IMG/VR virus record: IMGVR_UViG_2974499940_000001
Location: 99,092-110,091 of that record
Reading direction: 5' to 3' (one strand)
Source: a virus
Lineage: Duplodnaviria; Heunggongvirae; Uroviricota; Caudoviricetes; Demerecviridae
DNA length: 11,000 nucleotides
The position numbers were made by a program, and so were the translations under genes. Positions 4,319 to 11,000 of the stretch are shown here, piece by piece; the first letter of the stretch is position 1; every line of letters begins with the position of its first letter. The notes under the pieces were generated by a model. That model had not been told where the DNA came from. It did no database searches and saw only the letters and a list, made by a program, of their open reading frames with translations.

Positions 4319-5989
4319 ATGATTATTTCCGCAGAAAAACAAACCGTTATCCTGAAAATGGCCGCTGATTTCAATTTCTACGGTAAACGCCTGCGCGCCA
4401 CTAAATTGGAAGTTTGTGACGATATTTCGAAAGCGGTATACGATACTACTAAACACTCCACCGCCATTTGTGATTGGTTGGAAGCAAATAAACCAGTGAA
4501 ACCAAAAGCGGCGAAAGTAGCAAAAGCCATTAAAAACGATGAGCGCCCAGAAGCGGCGGGGATTGTTTCTAGCACGGTTGAGCAATGGGAAGTAAAGCAG
4601 GGTAAACGCTTTATTATTACGTCGATTCAGAATAATACTTTCCCGCATAAAAACTTTTTAGCCTCACTGGAGCAATTTGCTAAATATATCGGCGCTGATT
4701 TGCTGGTTAGCAAGTTTATTTATAACAAAAACGGTTTTCAAAATGGCGAGGGTGCAGAAGGAATAAAATATGATTCCGCATTTGACAAATATATCTGCAA
4801 TAAAAACGTGTTTTTGAATAATCGCCGTTTTGCTTTCATGGCTGAAATTAACGTTTTGCCAACCGCAGATTATCCGCTTTCTGGATTCGCTGAAACTGCA
4901 ACGGCGCTTAATCTGGAAGGTCTGGCAATTGGTCACGCTAAAATTACCGCTGAAAGCGTACCAGCTTTAAAAGGTGAAGTAGTGCGCCGTATGTACTCAA
5001 CCGGAACGGCAACGCTCAAAAACTACATTCAGCAGAAAGCAGGACAAAAAGCGGAAGCACTGCATAACTTCGGTGCGCTTATTGTTGAGTTCGACGACGA
5101 CGGGGAATTTTTTGTTCGCCAGCTTGAAACAATGGACGAAAGCGGCGTGTTTTATGATCTGAATGTTTGCGCTACTCCTGCCGGATGCTATGAAACAACG
5201 GGGCATGTTTTAGGCTTGCAATATGGCGATATCCACGCCGAAAAATTAGATGAGGAGTGCGCCGCCGCATCTTGGGGGCATGGTGATACTTATGGGCTTG
5301 TGGATATTCTTAAACCAAAATATCAGTTTGTACATGACGTGCATGATTTTACATCGCGCAACCATCACAACCGCGCATCGGGTGTATTCCTAGCGAAACA
5401 GTATGCAGCCGGACGTGATAAAGTTCTGGATGATCTTATCGATACGGGGCGTGTGCTGGAATCAATGGAGCGTGATTTTAGTCAAACGATCATCGTAGAA
5501 TCTAATCACGATTTGGCGCTATCCCGTTGGCTTGATGATCGTAATGCTAACATTAAAGACGATCCAGCAAACGCGGAACTATATCACCGCCTAAATGCCG
5601 CGATTTATGGAGCTATTGCAGAAAAAGACGATACTTTCAACGTGCTAGATTATGCGTTGCGCAAGGTTGCAGGTTGTGAGTTTAATGCCATTTTCCTAAC
5701 GACTGACCAATCCTTTAAAATTGCAGGCATTGAATGCGGCGTACACGGTCACAATGGCATTAACGGGAGCCGTGGCAATCCGAAACAATTTAAGAAATTG
5801 GGCAAATTAAACACCGGACACACTCATACCGCCAGCATTTACGGCGGCGTTTATACCGCTGGCGTGTCTGGTAGTCTGGACATGGGTTACAACGTTGGCG
5901 CGTCAAGCTGGACGCAAACGCATTTAATTACCTATGCAAACGGTCAGCGCACTTTGATTGACTTTAAAAACGGTAAATTCTTTGCGTAA
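4319..5989 (+). CDS. A1: A1 protein (host DNA degradation, pre-early shut-off, second-step transfer); metallophosphoesterase-type nuclease domain, 556 aa
   Basis: Size, sequence and synteny match T5 A1. Motifs GDIH, HDVHD, SNHD, HGH and GHTH. Start moved from 4304 to 4319, where GGAG (4306-4309) gives a 9-nt spacer. Confidence 0.93.
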   Translation: MIISAEKQTVILKMAADFNFYGKRLRATKLEVCDDISKAVYDTTKHSTAICDWLEANKPVKPKAAKVAKAIKNDERPEAAGIVSSTVEQWEVKQGKRFIITSIQNNTFPHKNFLASLEQFAKYIGADLLVSKFIYNKNGFQNGEGAEGIKYDSAFDKYICNKNVFLNNRRFAFMAEINVLPTADYPLSGFAETATALNLEGLAIGHAKITAESVPALKGEVVRRMYSTGTATLKNYIQQKAGQKAEALHNFGALIVEFDDDGEFFVRQLETMDESGVFYDLNVCATPAGCYETTGHVLGLQYGDIHAEKLDEECAAASWGHGDTYGLVDILKPKYQFVHDVHDFTSRNHHNRASGVFLAKQYAAGRDKVLDDLIDTGRVLESMERDFSQTIIVESNHDLALSRWLDDRNANIKDDPANAELYHRLNAAIYGAIAEKDDTFNVLDYALRKVAGCEFNAIFLTTDQSFKIAGIECGVHGHNGINGSRGNPKQFKKLGKLNTGHTHTASIYGGVYTAGVSGSLDMGYNVGASSWTQTHLITYANGQRTLIDFKNGKFFA

Positions 5990-6044
5990 ATAATTAATCC
6001 CCTAGCGGCTTGAAATATAGCCGCTATTACAGGAGCTAAATTAA

Positions 6045-6323
6045 ATGGCTATTAAAATTAATCTTCCCAACATTAAAAACACCGCTGATACCTGGTCGAT
6101 TGATACTATATTGCGTGGCACTGTATACCGTAACTTAAAAGATAATAATTGTTATATTTATCAAAATGAATTAAGTGGCCATACTTATATAATCGAGTCT
6201 GATGGTTTTTGTTCTTTTGAGACTGAGTATGAAGCGAAAGATCATATACAGGCAAATGATATTCCTGACGTATGGAAAGAAACAAATCTCGCTTTTGTTG
6301 TAAGTCTTGAAGCTAACAAATAA
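6045..6323 (+). CDS. 92-aa pre-early hypothetical protein
   Basis: AGGAG RBS; sits in the A1-dmp interval; noticeably AT-rich. Confidence 0.82.
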   Translation: MAIKINLPNIKNTADTWSIDTILRGTVYRNLKDNNCYIYQNELSGHTYIIESDGFCSFETEYEAKDHIQANDIPDVWKETNLAFVVSLEANK

Positions 6324-6359
6324 ATTAAATCCCTTATTAAATTAATTGGAGTTATAAAC

Positions 6360-6755
6360 ATGGCTAAATCTAATCGCATCCCATTTGACCGCGCTCAATC
6401 CTCAATTGTTCTGGTTTATTCTAACGGCGAACGTTACCACGTCGAGGCGGGGCATGTTATTGATGATCTATTAGATTTCAATGACGCTTTACAGGTTACA
6501 ACATTCGCATATACGCAGGGCAAACTAACCAGTCATATTAAAGCAAAAGGTGTTTATGTTGATACGGTGAAGCAAGAAACGATTATCATCGACGCCGTAA
6601 AATCCGGCCTTGCCTTTGCAGTTGTCGCGCCTTGCCCCGCTTGCCTTGATGATCAATTGATCAGTGCAAAAGTATATACTTGTGCTGGTATTCGTTCCAG
6701 CGTATCAGGTGAGGATGTTAGTTTTATTGCCGATGCGTTGGCTTATGGTCTTTAA
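6360..6755 (+). CDS. 131-aa T5 pre-early hypothetical protein adjacent to dmp
   Basis: GGAG RBS; conserved position; contains a CPAC (CxxC) motif. Confidence 0.87.
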   Translation: MAKSNRIPFDRAQSSIVLVYSNGERYHVEAGHVIDDLLDFNDALQVTTFAYTQGKLTSHIKAKGVYVDTVKQETIIIDAVKSGLAFAVVAPCPACLDDQLISAKVYTCAGIRSSVSGEDVSFIADALAYGL

Positions 6756-6834
6756 TAGTTAATTTATTATTACCCGCTTATAAATAGCGGGTAATGCTGA
6801 AATAACTAAATCCCTTTAATGGAGAACGTAACAA

Positions 6835-7569
6835 ATGAATAAATCTATTATTAATTCTTTCCGTAATTTCCCGCATATTTCCCGCGTCATGATTTGGGAT
6901 TTAGACGGCACTATCGTTAATTCTTTCCATCGTGTAGCGCCTTGCTTTGATAATGAGGGCAATTTAGATTTAAATAAATATAAAAATGAAGCCTGCAAAC
7001 ATCATTTAATAATGCAAGATACTTTATTGCCATTGGTTGAATATATGCGCCAGTGCATGAATGATGCAAATACTTTAAACATTATTTGCACCGCTCGATT
7101 GATGAGTAAGTCGGACTATTATTTCTTGCGCAAACAAGGCTTGCGAGGTCGAGGAAATAGCAATATCCGCGTATTTTCCCGCGACACACTGCATAAATAT
7201 TTTAAAGCTGATAAAGTTAGCGAAATATACCACAGCAAAGACGCAGTATATAAATCTTATTATTTTGAATTATTTAAACAGTTATATCCGAACGCTGATT
7301 TTACAATGATTGATGATCATAAAGGTGTGCTATCGGCGGCGGCATCATACGGATTTAAAACGCTGGACGCACAAGCCGTTAACGATATTCTATCAATCGG
7401 TGTTACATTGATTGGTGAAACCTTTATTGATGAATCGCTCGACGATGATAATGATTATCAGTTCCTAGCCGACCGCCTGCAATTATGTTGGGAAGGTATG
7501 ACCGAGGAAGAACGCGCAGAATATAGTTGCAGTCCTCAACAGTACATCGAGAAATTAAAAGTTGCGTAA
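6835..7569 (+). CDS. dmp: Deoxynucleoside-5'-monophosphatase (HAD superfamily)
   Basis: 244 aa; HAD motif I WDLDGT, motif II CTAR, motif IV IDD; last gene of the T5 pre-early operon. Confidence 0.93.
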   Translation: MNKSIINSFRNFPHISRVMIWDLDGTIVNSFHRVAPCFDNEGNLDLNKYKNEACKHHLIMQDTLLPLVEYMRQCMNDANTLNIICTARLMSKSDYYFLRKQGLRGRGNSNIRVFSRDTLHKYFKADKVSEIYHSKDAVYKSYYFELFKQLYPNADFTMIDDHKGVLSAAASYGFKTLDAQAVNDILSIGVTLIGETFIDESLDDDNDYQFLADRLQLCWEGMTEEERAEYSCSPQQYIEKLKVA

Positions 7570-7582
7570 TAATTAAAGTTGA

Positions 7583-7621
7583 AATAGTCACGGTGTGTAA
7601 TGATAACATGCCGTGACTATT
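7583..7621. terminator. Long hairpin ending the dmp operon, possibly also acting on the converging operon
   Basis: Perfect 11-bp arms AATAGTCACGG/CCGTGACTATT, extended by 5 inner pairs (two G-U); lies between convergent genes. The U-tract is weak. Confidence 0.6.
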
Positions 7622-7726
7622 AGCCTGCTAAGTACCGGGCGGTAATGAGACTCATTCTCATCTGGGAGGCCACTGGACACACCCCCATGTGTAATCTTAT
7701 GAAATTTGGCAAAAAGGTAATTAGCG

Positions 7727-7930
7727 CTATTTACGGACTGACTGCTCAAAGACTTCCCGCCACAGAGGGTCAGTCTTAACAAGATTATTAATATGCTCAA
7801 TAGCTTCATCAAATCTCATGAATCCTTCCGGGATTTCCGAAGACTTAGGAAAAACTTGCAGCATCTCCTGTGTGATACCCATCTTTTCAAGATCTTCTTG
7901 GGTTAACTTAAACTGTCCGAATTCTTTCAT
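7727..7930 (-). CDS. 67-aa acidic hypothetical protein
   Basis: AGGAG RBS; ATGA overlap with the upstream gene. Confidence 0.75.
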   Translation of the reverse strand: MKEFGQFKLTQEDLEKMGITQEMLQVFPKSSEIPEGFMRFDEAIEHINNLVKTDPLWREVFEQSVRK

Positions 7931-8172
7931 GAACTTCTCCTGTCTACCGGCTTATCTCCAGATTCTGACATACGAAATCTCCTCCGCGACGCCCGAGATC
8001 CATCCGACCATTCCCGCTCAAACTCCGCACGCTTCTCGTCAAACTTCCGCTCTCTTTCCGCAATCTCCCGCGTCACTCCCGCGATATATTCCCGATGCTT
8101 GTTAATAGCCGCAGTTGTCCCGAAAACTCCCGCGATTACCCCGATAATAAAAGCAACTATAATACTAAACAT
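7927..8172 (-). CDS. 81-aa protein, N-terminal TM anchor and charged coiled-coil-like tail
   Basis: Hydrophobic residues 1-22 followed by an E/R-rich helix; 8-nt overlap with the upstream gene; purine-rich RBS. Confidence 0.8.
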   Translation of the reverse strand: MFSIIVAFIIGVIAGVFGTTAAINKHREYIAGVTREIAERERKFDEKRAEFEREWSDGSRASRRRFRMSESGDKPVDRRSS

Positions 8173-8359
8173 CTAATTCCCTCTCAATTTGCAGAATACG
8201 GGTACTATCACAACGTTGCATCTCTACTAATTTTTCTATGGCAAATTGTTGCTGTTTTACCTGAGCCTCTAGAGTTTTTAGGCGAACATACGCGGTGTAA
8301 GAAATAATGAAAGCTGCCCAAACTGCTAGTACTATTAATATAGCTACTACTTCCATCAT
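8165..8359 (-). CDS. 64-aa protein, N-terminal TM anchor and short coiled coil
   Basis: GGAG RBS; ATGA overlap with the 35-aa ORF; hydrophobic N-terminus. Confidence 0.8.
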   Translation of the reverse strand: MMEVVAILIVLAVWAAFIISYTAYVRLKTLEAQVKQQQFAIEKLVEMQRCDSTRILQIERELDV

Positions 8360-8463
8360 TTACGTTTCTCCAGTAACAGAGTTTCAATTCTAGCTAAGTG
8401 ATTATCTAAAATACACTGCCCAATAATCACAATCCCTAGTAGTACAATAATTACCCATTCCAT
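8356..8463 (-). CDS. 35-aa single-pass membrane microprotein (MEWVIIVLLGIVIIGQCILDNHLARIETLLLEKRK)
   Basis: Hand translation. TAATG overlap with the upstream ORF and ATGA overlap with the downstream ORF; GGGGTGG upstream. Not in the ORF track. Confidence 0.7.
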   Translation of the reverse strand: MEWVIIVLLGIVIIGQCILDNHLARIETLLLEKRK

Positions 8464-8591
8464 TAAATCCACCCCGCCATAGCTGCTAGCCAAAAACCTA
8501 CGAAAATAAAGAATAGGATAGTACCAAACCCAAAACTATTTATCCAACTCTCATACACTTCTCCGCGTCTACTCTTTCTTCTGTTTGACAT
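8463..8591 (-). CDS. 42-aa membrane microprotein with basic N-terminus (MSNRRKSRRGEVYESWINSFGFGTILFFIFVGFWLAAMAGWI)
   Basis: Hand translation. AGGAG (8606-8602) lies 10 nt before ATG 8591-8589; the stop overlaps the next ATG. Not in the ORF track. Confidence 0.7.
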   Translation of the reverse strand: MSNRRKSRRGEVYESWINSFGFGTILFFIFVGFWLAAMAGWI

Positions 8592-8626
8592 ATCTTTAAT
8601 GCTCCTGTAAATGTTGTATTTGGAAT

Positions 8627-8655
8627 ATTCTAGCAATTGTATTGATTAGTGTAAC
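8627..8655 (-). promoter_or_regulatory. Candidate promoter of the small membrane protein operon
   Basis: GTTACA (8655-8650), 17 nt, extended -10 TGC-TAGAAT (8635-8627). Confidence 0.45.
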
Positions 8656-8754
8656 TATTCTCACTACACCTTCAAGAGTGTATTATGTGGTATCCTGATT
8701 TAATTCTGCGCTAGACCCATCTTAAGGGGTGATGGTTACTGAGGCGATCTTTAC

Positions 8755-8988
8755 TTAGAAAACCCCCTCGCATGTATTTCCTTTGGTAAAGTAGCTTACC
8801 GGAGCCCAGAAAGACCCGTAGGCCATGATTGGTGCCACTAAGAACATATCCCCTTTCCTATCAAAAACATTAGCCTTATATTTCACATGATCCTGCATAT
8901 AGTAGGCCTCACATTTAATATCTTTAGGACCAAAAGTAGAGCAAGCCGAAAGAAGTACCACTGCCATAGCTAAAAATAATTTTTTCAT
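8755..8988 (-). CDS. llp: Receptor-blocking (lytic conversion, superinfection exclusion) lipoprotein Llp, FhuA type
   Basis: 77 aa; lipobox LSAC; sequence nearly identical to T5 Llp as I recall it; divergent from pb5. Confidence 0.95.
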   Translation of the reverse strand: MKKLFLAMAVVLLSACSTFGPKDIKCEAYYMQDHVKYKANVFDRKGDMFLVAPIMAYGSFWAPVSYFTKGNTCEGVF

Positions 8989-9016
8989 TTACATTCTCCT
9001 CTGTTTAATTTATAAT
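8988..9016 (+). promoter_or_regulatory. Candidate promoter for pb5
   Basis: TTTACA (8988-8993), 17 nt, TATAAT (9011-9016). Confidence 0.6.
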
Positions 9017-9019
9017 ACT

Positions 9020-9048
9020 ATTATACAGAATTATAGCAATATAGGCAA
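9020..9048 (-). promoter_or_regulatory. Promoter for llp
   Basis: A-tract, TTGCCT (9048-9043), 17 nt, TATAAT (9025-9020); typical T5 early promoter layout. Confidence 0.75.
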
Positions 9049-9067
9049 TTAAATTTTTGGAGAACTT

Positions 9068-10990
9068 ATGAGTTTTTTCGCTGGCAAGCTAAATAATAAA
9101 TCTATACTCTCTCTGCGCAGGGGTAGTGGCGGAGATACTAATCAACATATTAATCCTGACTCTCAGACCATATTCCATTCAGATATGCCCCATGTTATCA
9201 TAACAGAAACTCACTCCACAGGGTTAAGGCTAGATCAGGGTGCTGGTGACTATTACTGGTCTGAAATGCCTAGCAGAATTACCCAGTTACATAATAATGA
9301 TCCTAATAGGGTTGTGCTGACGGAGATTGAGTTCTCAGATGGCTCTAGACATATGTTATCCGGTATGTCTATGGGGGTAGGTGCTAAGGCGTACGGAATT
9401 ATAAATCCACAGGTCATGTCCCAGGGTGGCTTAAAAACACAAATAACAGCTAGTGCTGATCTATCCCTTGATGTAGGTTATTTTAATAGTGGTACTAGCG
9501 GTACGATCCCCCAGAAATTAAGAGACGGTACTGGATGTCAGCATATGTTTGGCGCCTTTAGTGGGCGTAGAGGGTTTGCATCTAGTGCAATGTATTTAGG
9601 GGGTGCCGCTCTTTATAAGTCTGCCTGGGATGGTTCAGGATATGTAGTGCCGGATTCAGGAACTCTAACTATCCCTAGCGACTACGTTAGGCATCCCGGA
9701 GCTAGAAACTTTGGATTTAACGCCATATATGTTCGTGGTAGGTCTTGTAATAGAGTTCTTTATGGTATGGAAGGGCCCAACTACACCACTGCTGGAGCTG
9801 TACATGGGGCGTCGAGTTCAGGGGCTCTTAACTTTATGTCTAATCCTAGCAATCCCTCGGCTCCTAAGTACACTGTAGGTTTCGCACGTGCTGATCCTAC
9901 TAACTATGCTTATTGGGAAAGTATGGGTGATCCGAATGATGCTGCTAATGGGCCTATAGGTATATATAGTGAGCACCTCGGTATTTATCCATCTAAAATT
10001 ACTTGGTATGTTACCAATCTAGTATACAATGGCTCAGGATACAGTATTGATAGTGGGCTATTTACTGGCAATGATATTAAACTTAGTCCAAGAGAATTTA
10101 TTATTAAAGGGGTTAACGTTAATAATACGTCGTGGAAGTTTATTAACTTTGTTGAAAAAAACTTTAATGTAGGGAGCAGAGCTGATTTTCGTGATGTTGG
10201 GTGTAACTTGAGTATGGGTGCCCCCTCTACTGGAGTTTCTGGCATAGCAACATTTGGGCTGCCCGCTACGGAAAGCAATAACGCACCAAGTATTAAAGGT
10301 GGTAACGTTGGTGGTTTGCACACTAATGTTGTTAGTATTTATAACTTTTTGCCTTCAGCATCTTGGTATGTTTCTAGTAACCCCCCAAAAATAGGCAGCA
10401 ATTATGGAGATGTTTGGAGTGAGAATCTTTTACCTTTAAGACTTCTAGGTGGTAGCGGAAGTACTGTACTATCTGGTAACATAGTATTTCAGGGTAATGG
10501 TTCCGTGCATGTTGGGACCGTGGGACTAGATCTTAATAGTAGTAGAAATGGAGCGATTGTATGTACTATGGAGTTCCTGGATGACACATGGTTGTCTGCA
10601 GGAGGTATTGGTTGCTTTAACCCTACGGAAATGCTATCTAAAGGTGCTGAATATGGCGATAGTAGGTTTAGAATGGGTGGCAATACTATTGATAAAAAAC
10701 TTCACCAAATATTGTCTCTACCTGCAGGAGAATATGTACCATTTTTTACTATTAAAGGTACTGTAGTAAATGCTTGTAAATTACAGGCTGCTGGGTATAC
10801 TCCAACTCCGTACTGGGTATCTGGGTTGCCAGGATCCGTAGGTCAAACGGGTTACTATACTCTAACATACTATATGAGAAATGATGGAAATAATAATATC
10901 TCTATTTGGTTAGAATCCTCTATGAGCAATATAATTGGCATGAAAGCATGCTTACCAAATATTAAACTTATAATTCAACGCCTTACCTAA
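9068..10990 (+). CDS. oad: Receptor-binding tail tip protein pb5, FhuA-binding type
   Basis: 640 aa beginning MSFFAGKLNNKSILSLRRGSGGDTNQHINPDSQTIFHSD, recognised as T5 pb5; paired with T5-type llp; GGAG RBS. Confidence 0.95.
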   Translation: MSFFAGKLNNKSILSLRRGSGGDTNQHINPDSQTIFHSDMPHVIITETHSTGLRLDQGAGDYYWSEMPSRITQLHNNDPNRVVLTEIEFSDGSRHMLSGMSMGVGAKAYGIINPQVMSQGGLKTQITASADLSLDVGYFNSGTSGTIPQKLRDGTGCQHMFGAFSGRRGFASSAMYLGGAALYKSAWDGSGYVVPDSGTLTIPSDYVRHPGARNFGFNAIYVRGRSCNRVLYGMEGPNYTTAGAVHGASSSGALNFMSNPSNPSAPKYTVGFARADPTNYAYWESMGDPNDAANGPIGIYSEHLGIYPSKITWYVTNLVYNGSGYSIDSGLFTGNDIKLSPREFIIKGVNVNNTSWKFINFVEKNFNVGSRADFRDVGCNLSMGAPSTGVSGIATFGLPATESNNAPSIKGGNVGGLHTNVVSIYNFLPSASWYVSSNPPKIGSNYGDVWSENLLPLRLLGGSGSTVLSGNIVFQGNGSVHVGTVGLDLNSSRNGAIVCTMEFLDDTWLSAGGIGCFNPTEMLSKGAEYGDSRFRMGGNTIDKKLHQILSLPAGEYVPFFTIKGTVVNACKLQAAGYTPTPYWVSGLPGSVGQTGYYTLTYYMRNDGNNNISIWLESSMSNIIGMKACLPNIKLIIQRLT

Positions 10991-10996
10991 AGGAGG
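10991..10996 (+). promoter_or_regulatory. RBS of the next gene (terminase small subunit in T5 synteny), start outside the window
   Basis: AGGAGG directly after the pb5 stop codon. Confidence 0.6.
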
Positions 10997-11000
10997 AAAT

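Larger units (their letters stand above)
1..7690. repeat. Part of the roughly 10-kb T5-type direct terminal repeat (pre-early/FST region); boundary approximate
   Basis: Established T5 architecture: dmp is the outermost gene of the repeat and llp/pb5 lie in the adjacent unique DNA. The second copy is not in the window, so the boundary (about 7620-7726) is inferred. Confidence 0.6.

Noticed and set aside
3719-5206. ORFs 3719..3907, 4301..4648, 4378..4575, 4664..4936 and 4997..5206
   Set aside because: Alternate-frame or antisense shadows of A2 and A1; no RBS or protein-like features.
8290-8297. T5 single-strand nick consensus GCGCGGTG
   Set aside because: The sequence is ACGCGGTG, one mismatch; I saw no exact match in the window.
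6816-8307. ORFs 6816..6998, 7424..7609, 7588..7812, 7818..8105 and 8095..8307
   Set aside because: They overlap better-supported genes on the opposite strand or in another frame.
9985-10766. ORFs 9985..10323, 10058..10321, 10489..10683 and 10548..10766
   Set aside because: Shadows of pb5.
1-11000. tRNA, rRNA, CRISPR array, IS/transposase or homing endonuclease
   Set aside because: No cloverleaf, regularly spaced repeat-spacer array or mobile-element motif was seen. The intergenic hairpins have unrelated sequences.

Overview
Phage DNA from a T5-like siphovirus (Tequintavirus, Demerecviridae), shown reverse-complemented relative to the usual T5 map. About 1-7.7 kb is the pre-early (first-step-transfer) terminal-repeat region. 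It has a minus-strand block of small and hypothetical genes (1-1639), a roughly 1.1 kb non-coding stretch, and a plus-strand operon with tandem sigma70 promoters (one matches T5 P_D/E20) running through A2, A1 and dmp. About 7.7-11 kb is the adjoining unique end of the genome: a translationally coupled cluster of small membrane proteins, the receptor-blocking lipoprotein llp and the divergent receptor-binding protein pb5 (oad). The gene content is ordinary for T5. The most unusual sequence is non-coding. A 510-bp element (1854-2363), bracketed by an inverted repeat, packs together a near-consensus LexA (SOS) box, three perfect and several near-perfect DnaA boxes, an AT-rich repeat core and a Chi site. 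This suggests a host-protein recruiting or decoy hub on the first DNA to be injected. Also seen: a recurring stem-loop + ATCCCTT + RBS module between pre-early genes, a probable in-frame nested gene, four complete microproteins missed by the ORF track, and interlocked divergent llp/pb5 promoters. Family assignments come from recalled sequences and motifs, not database searches.
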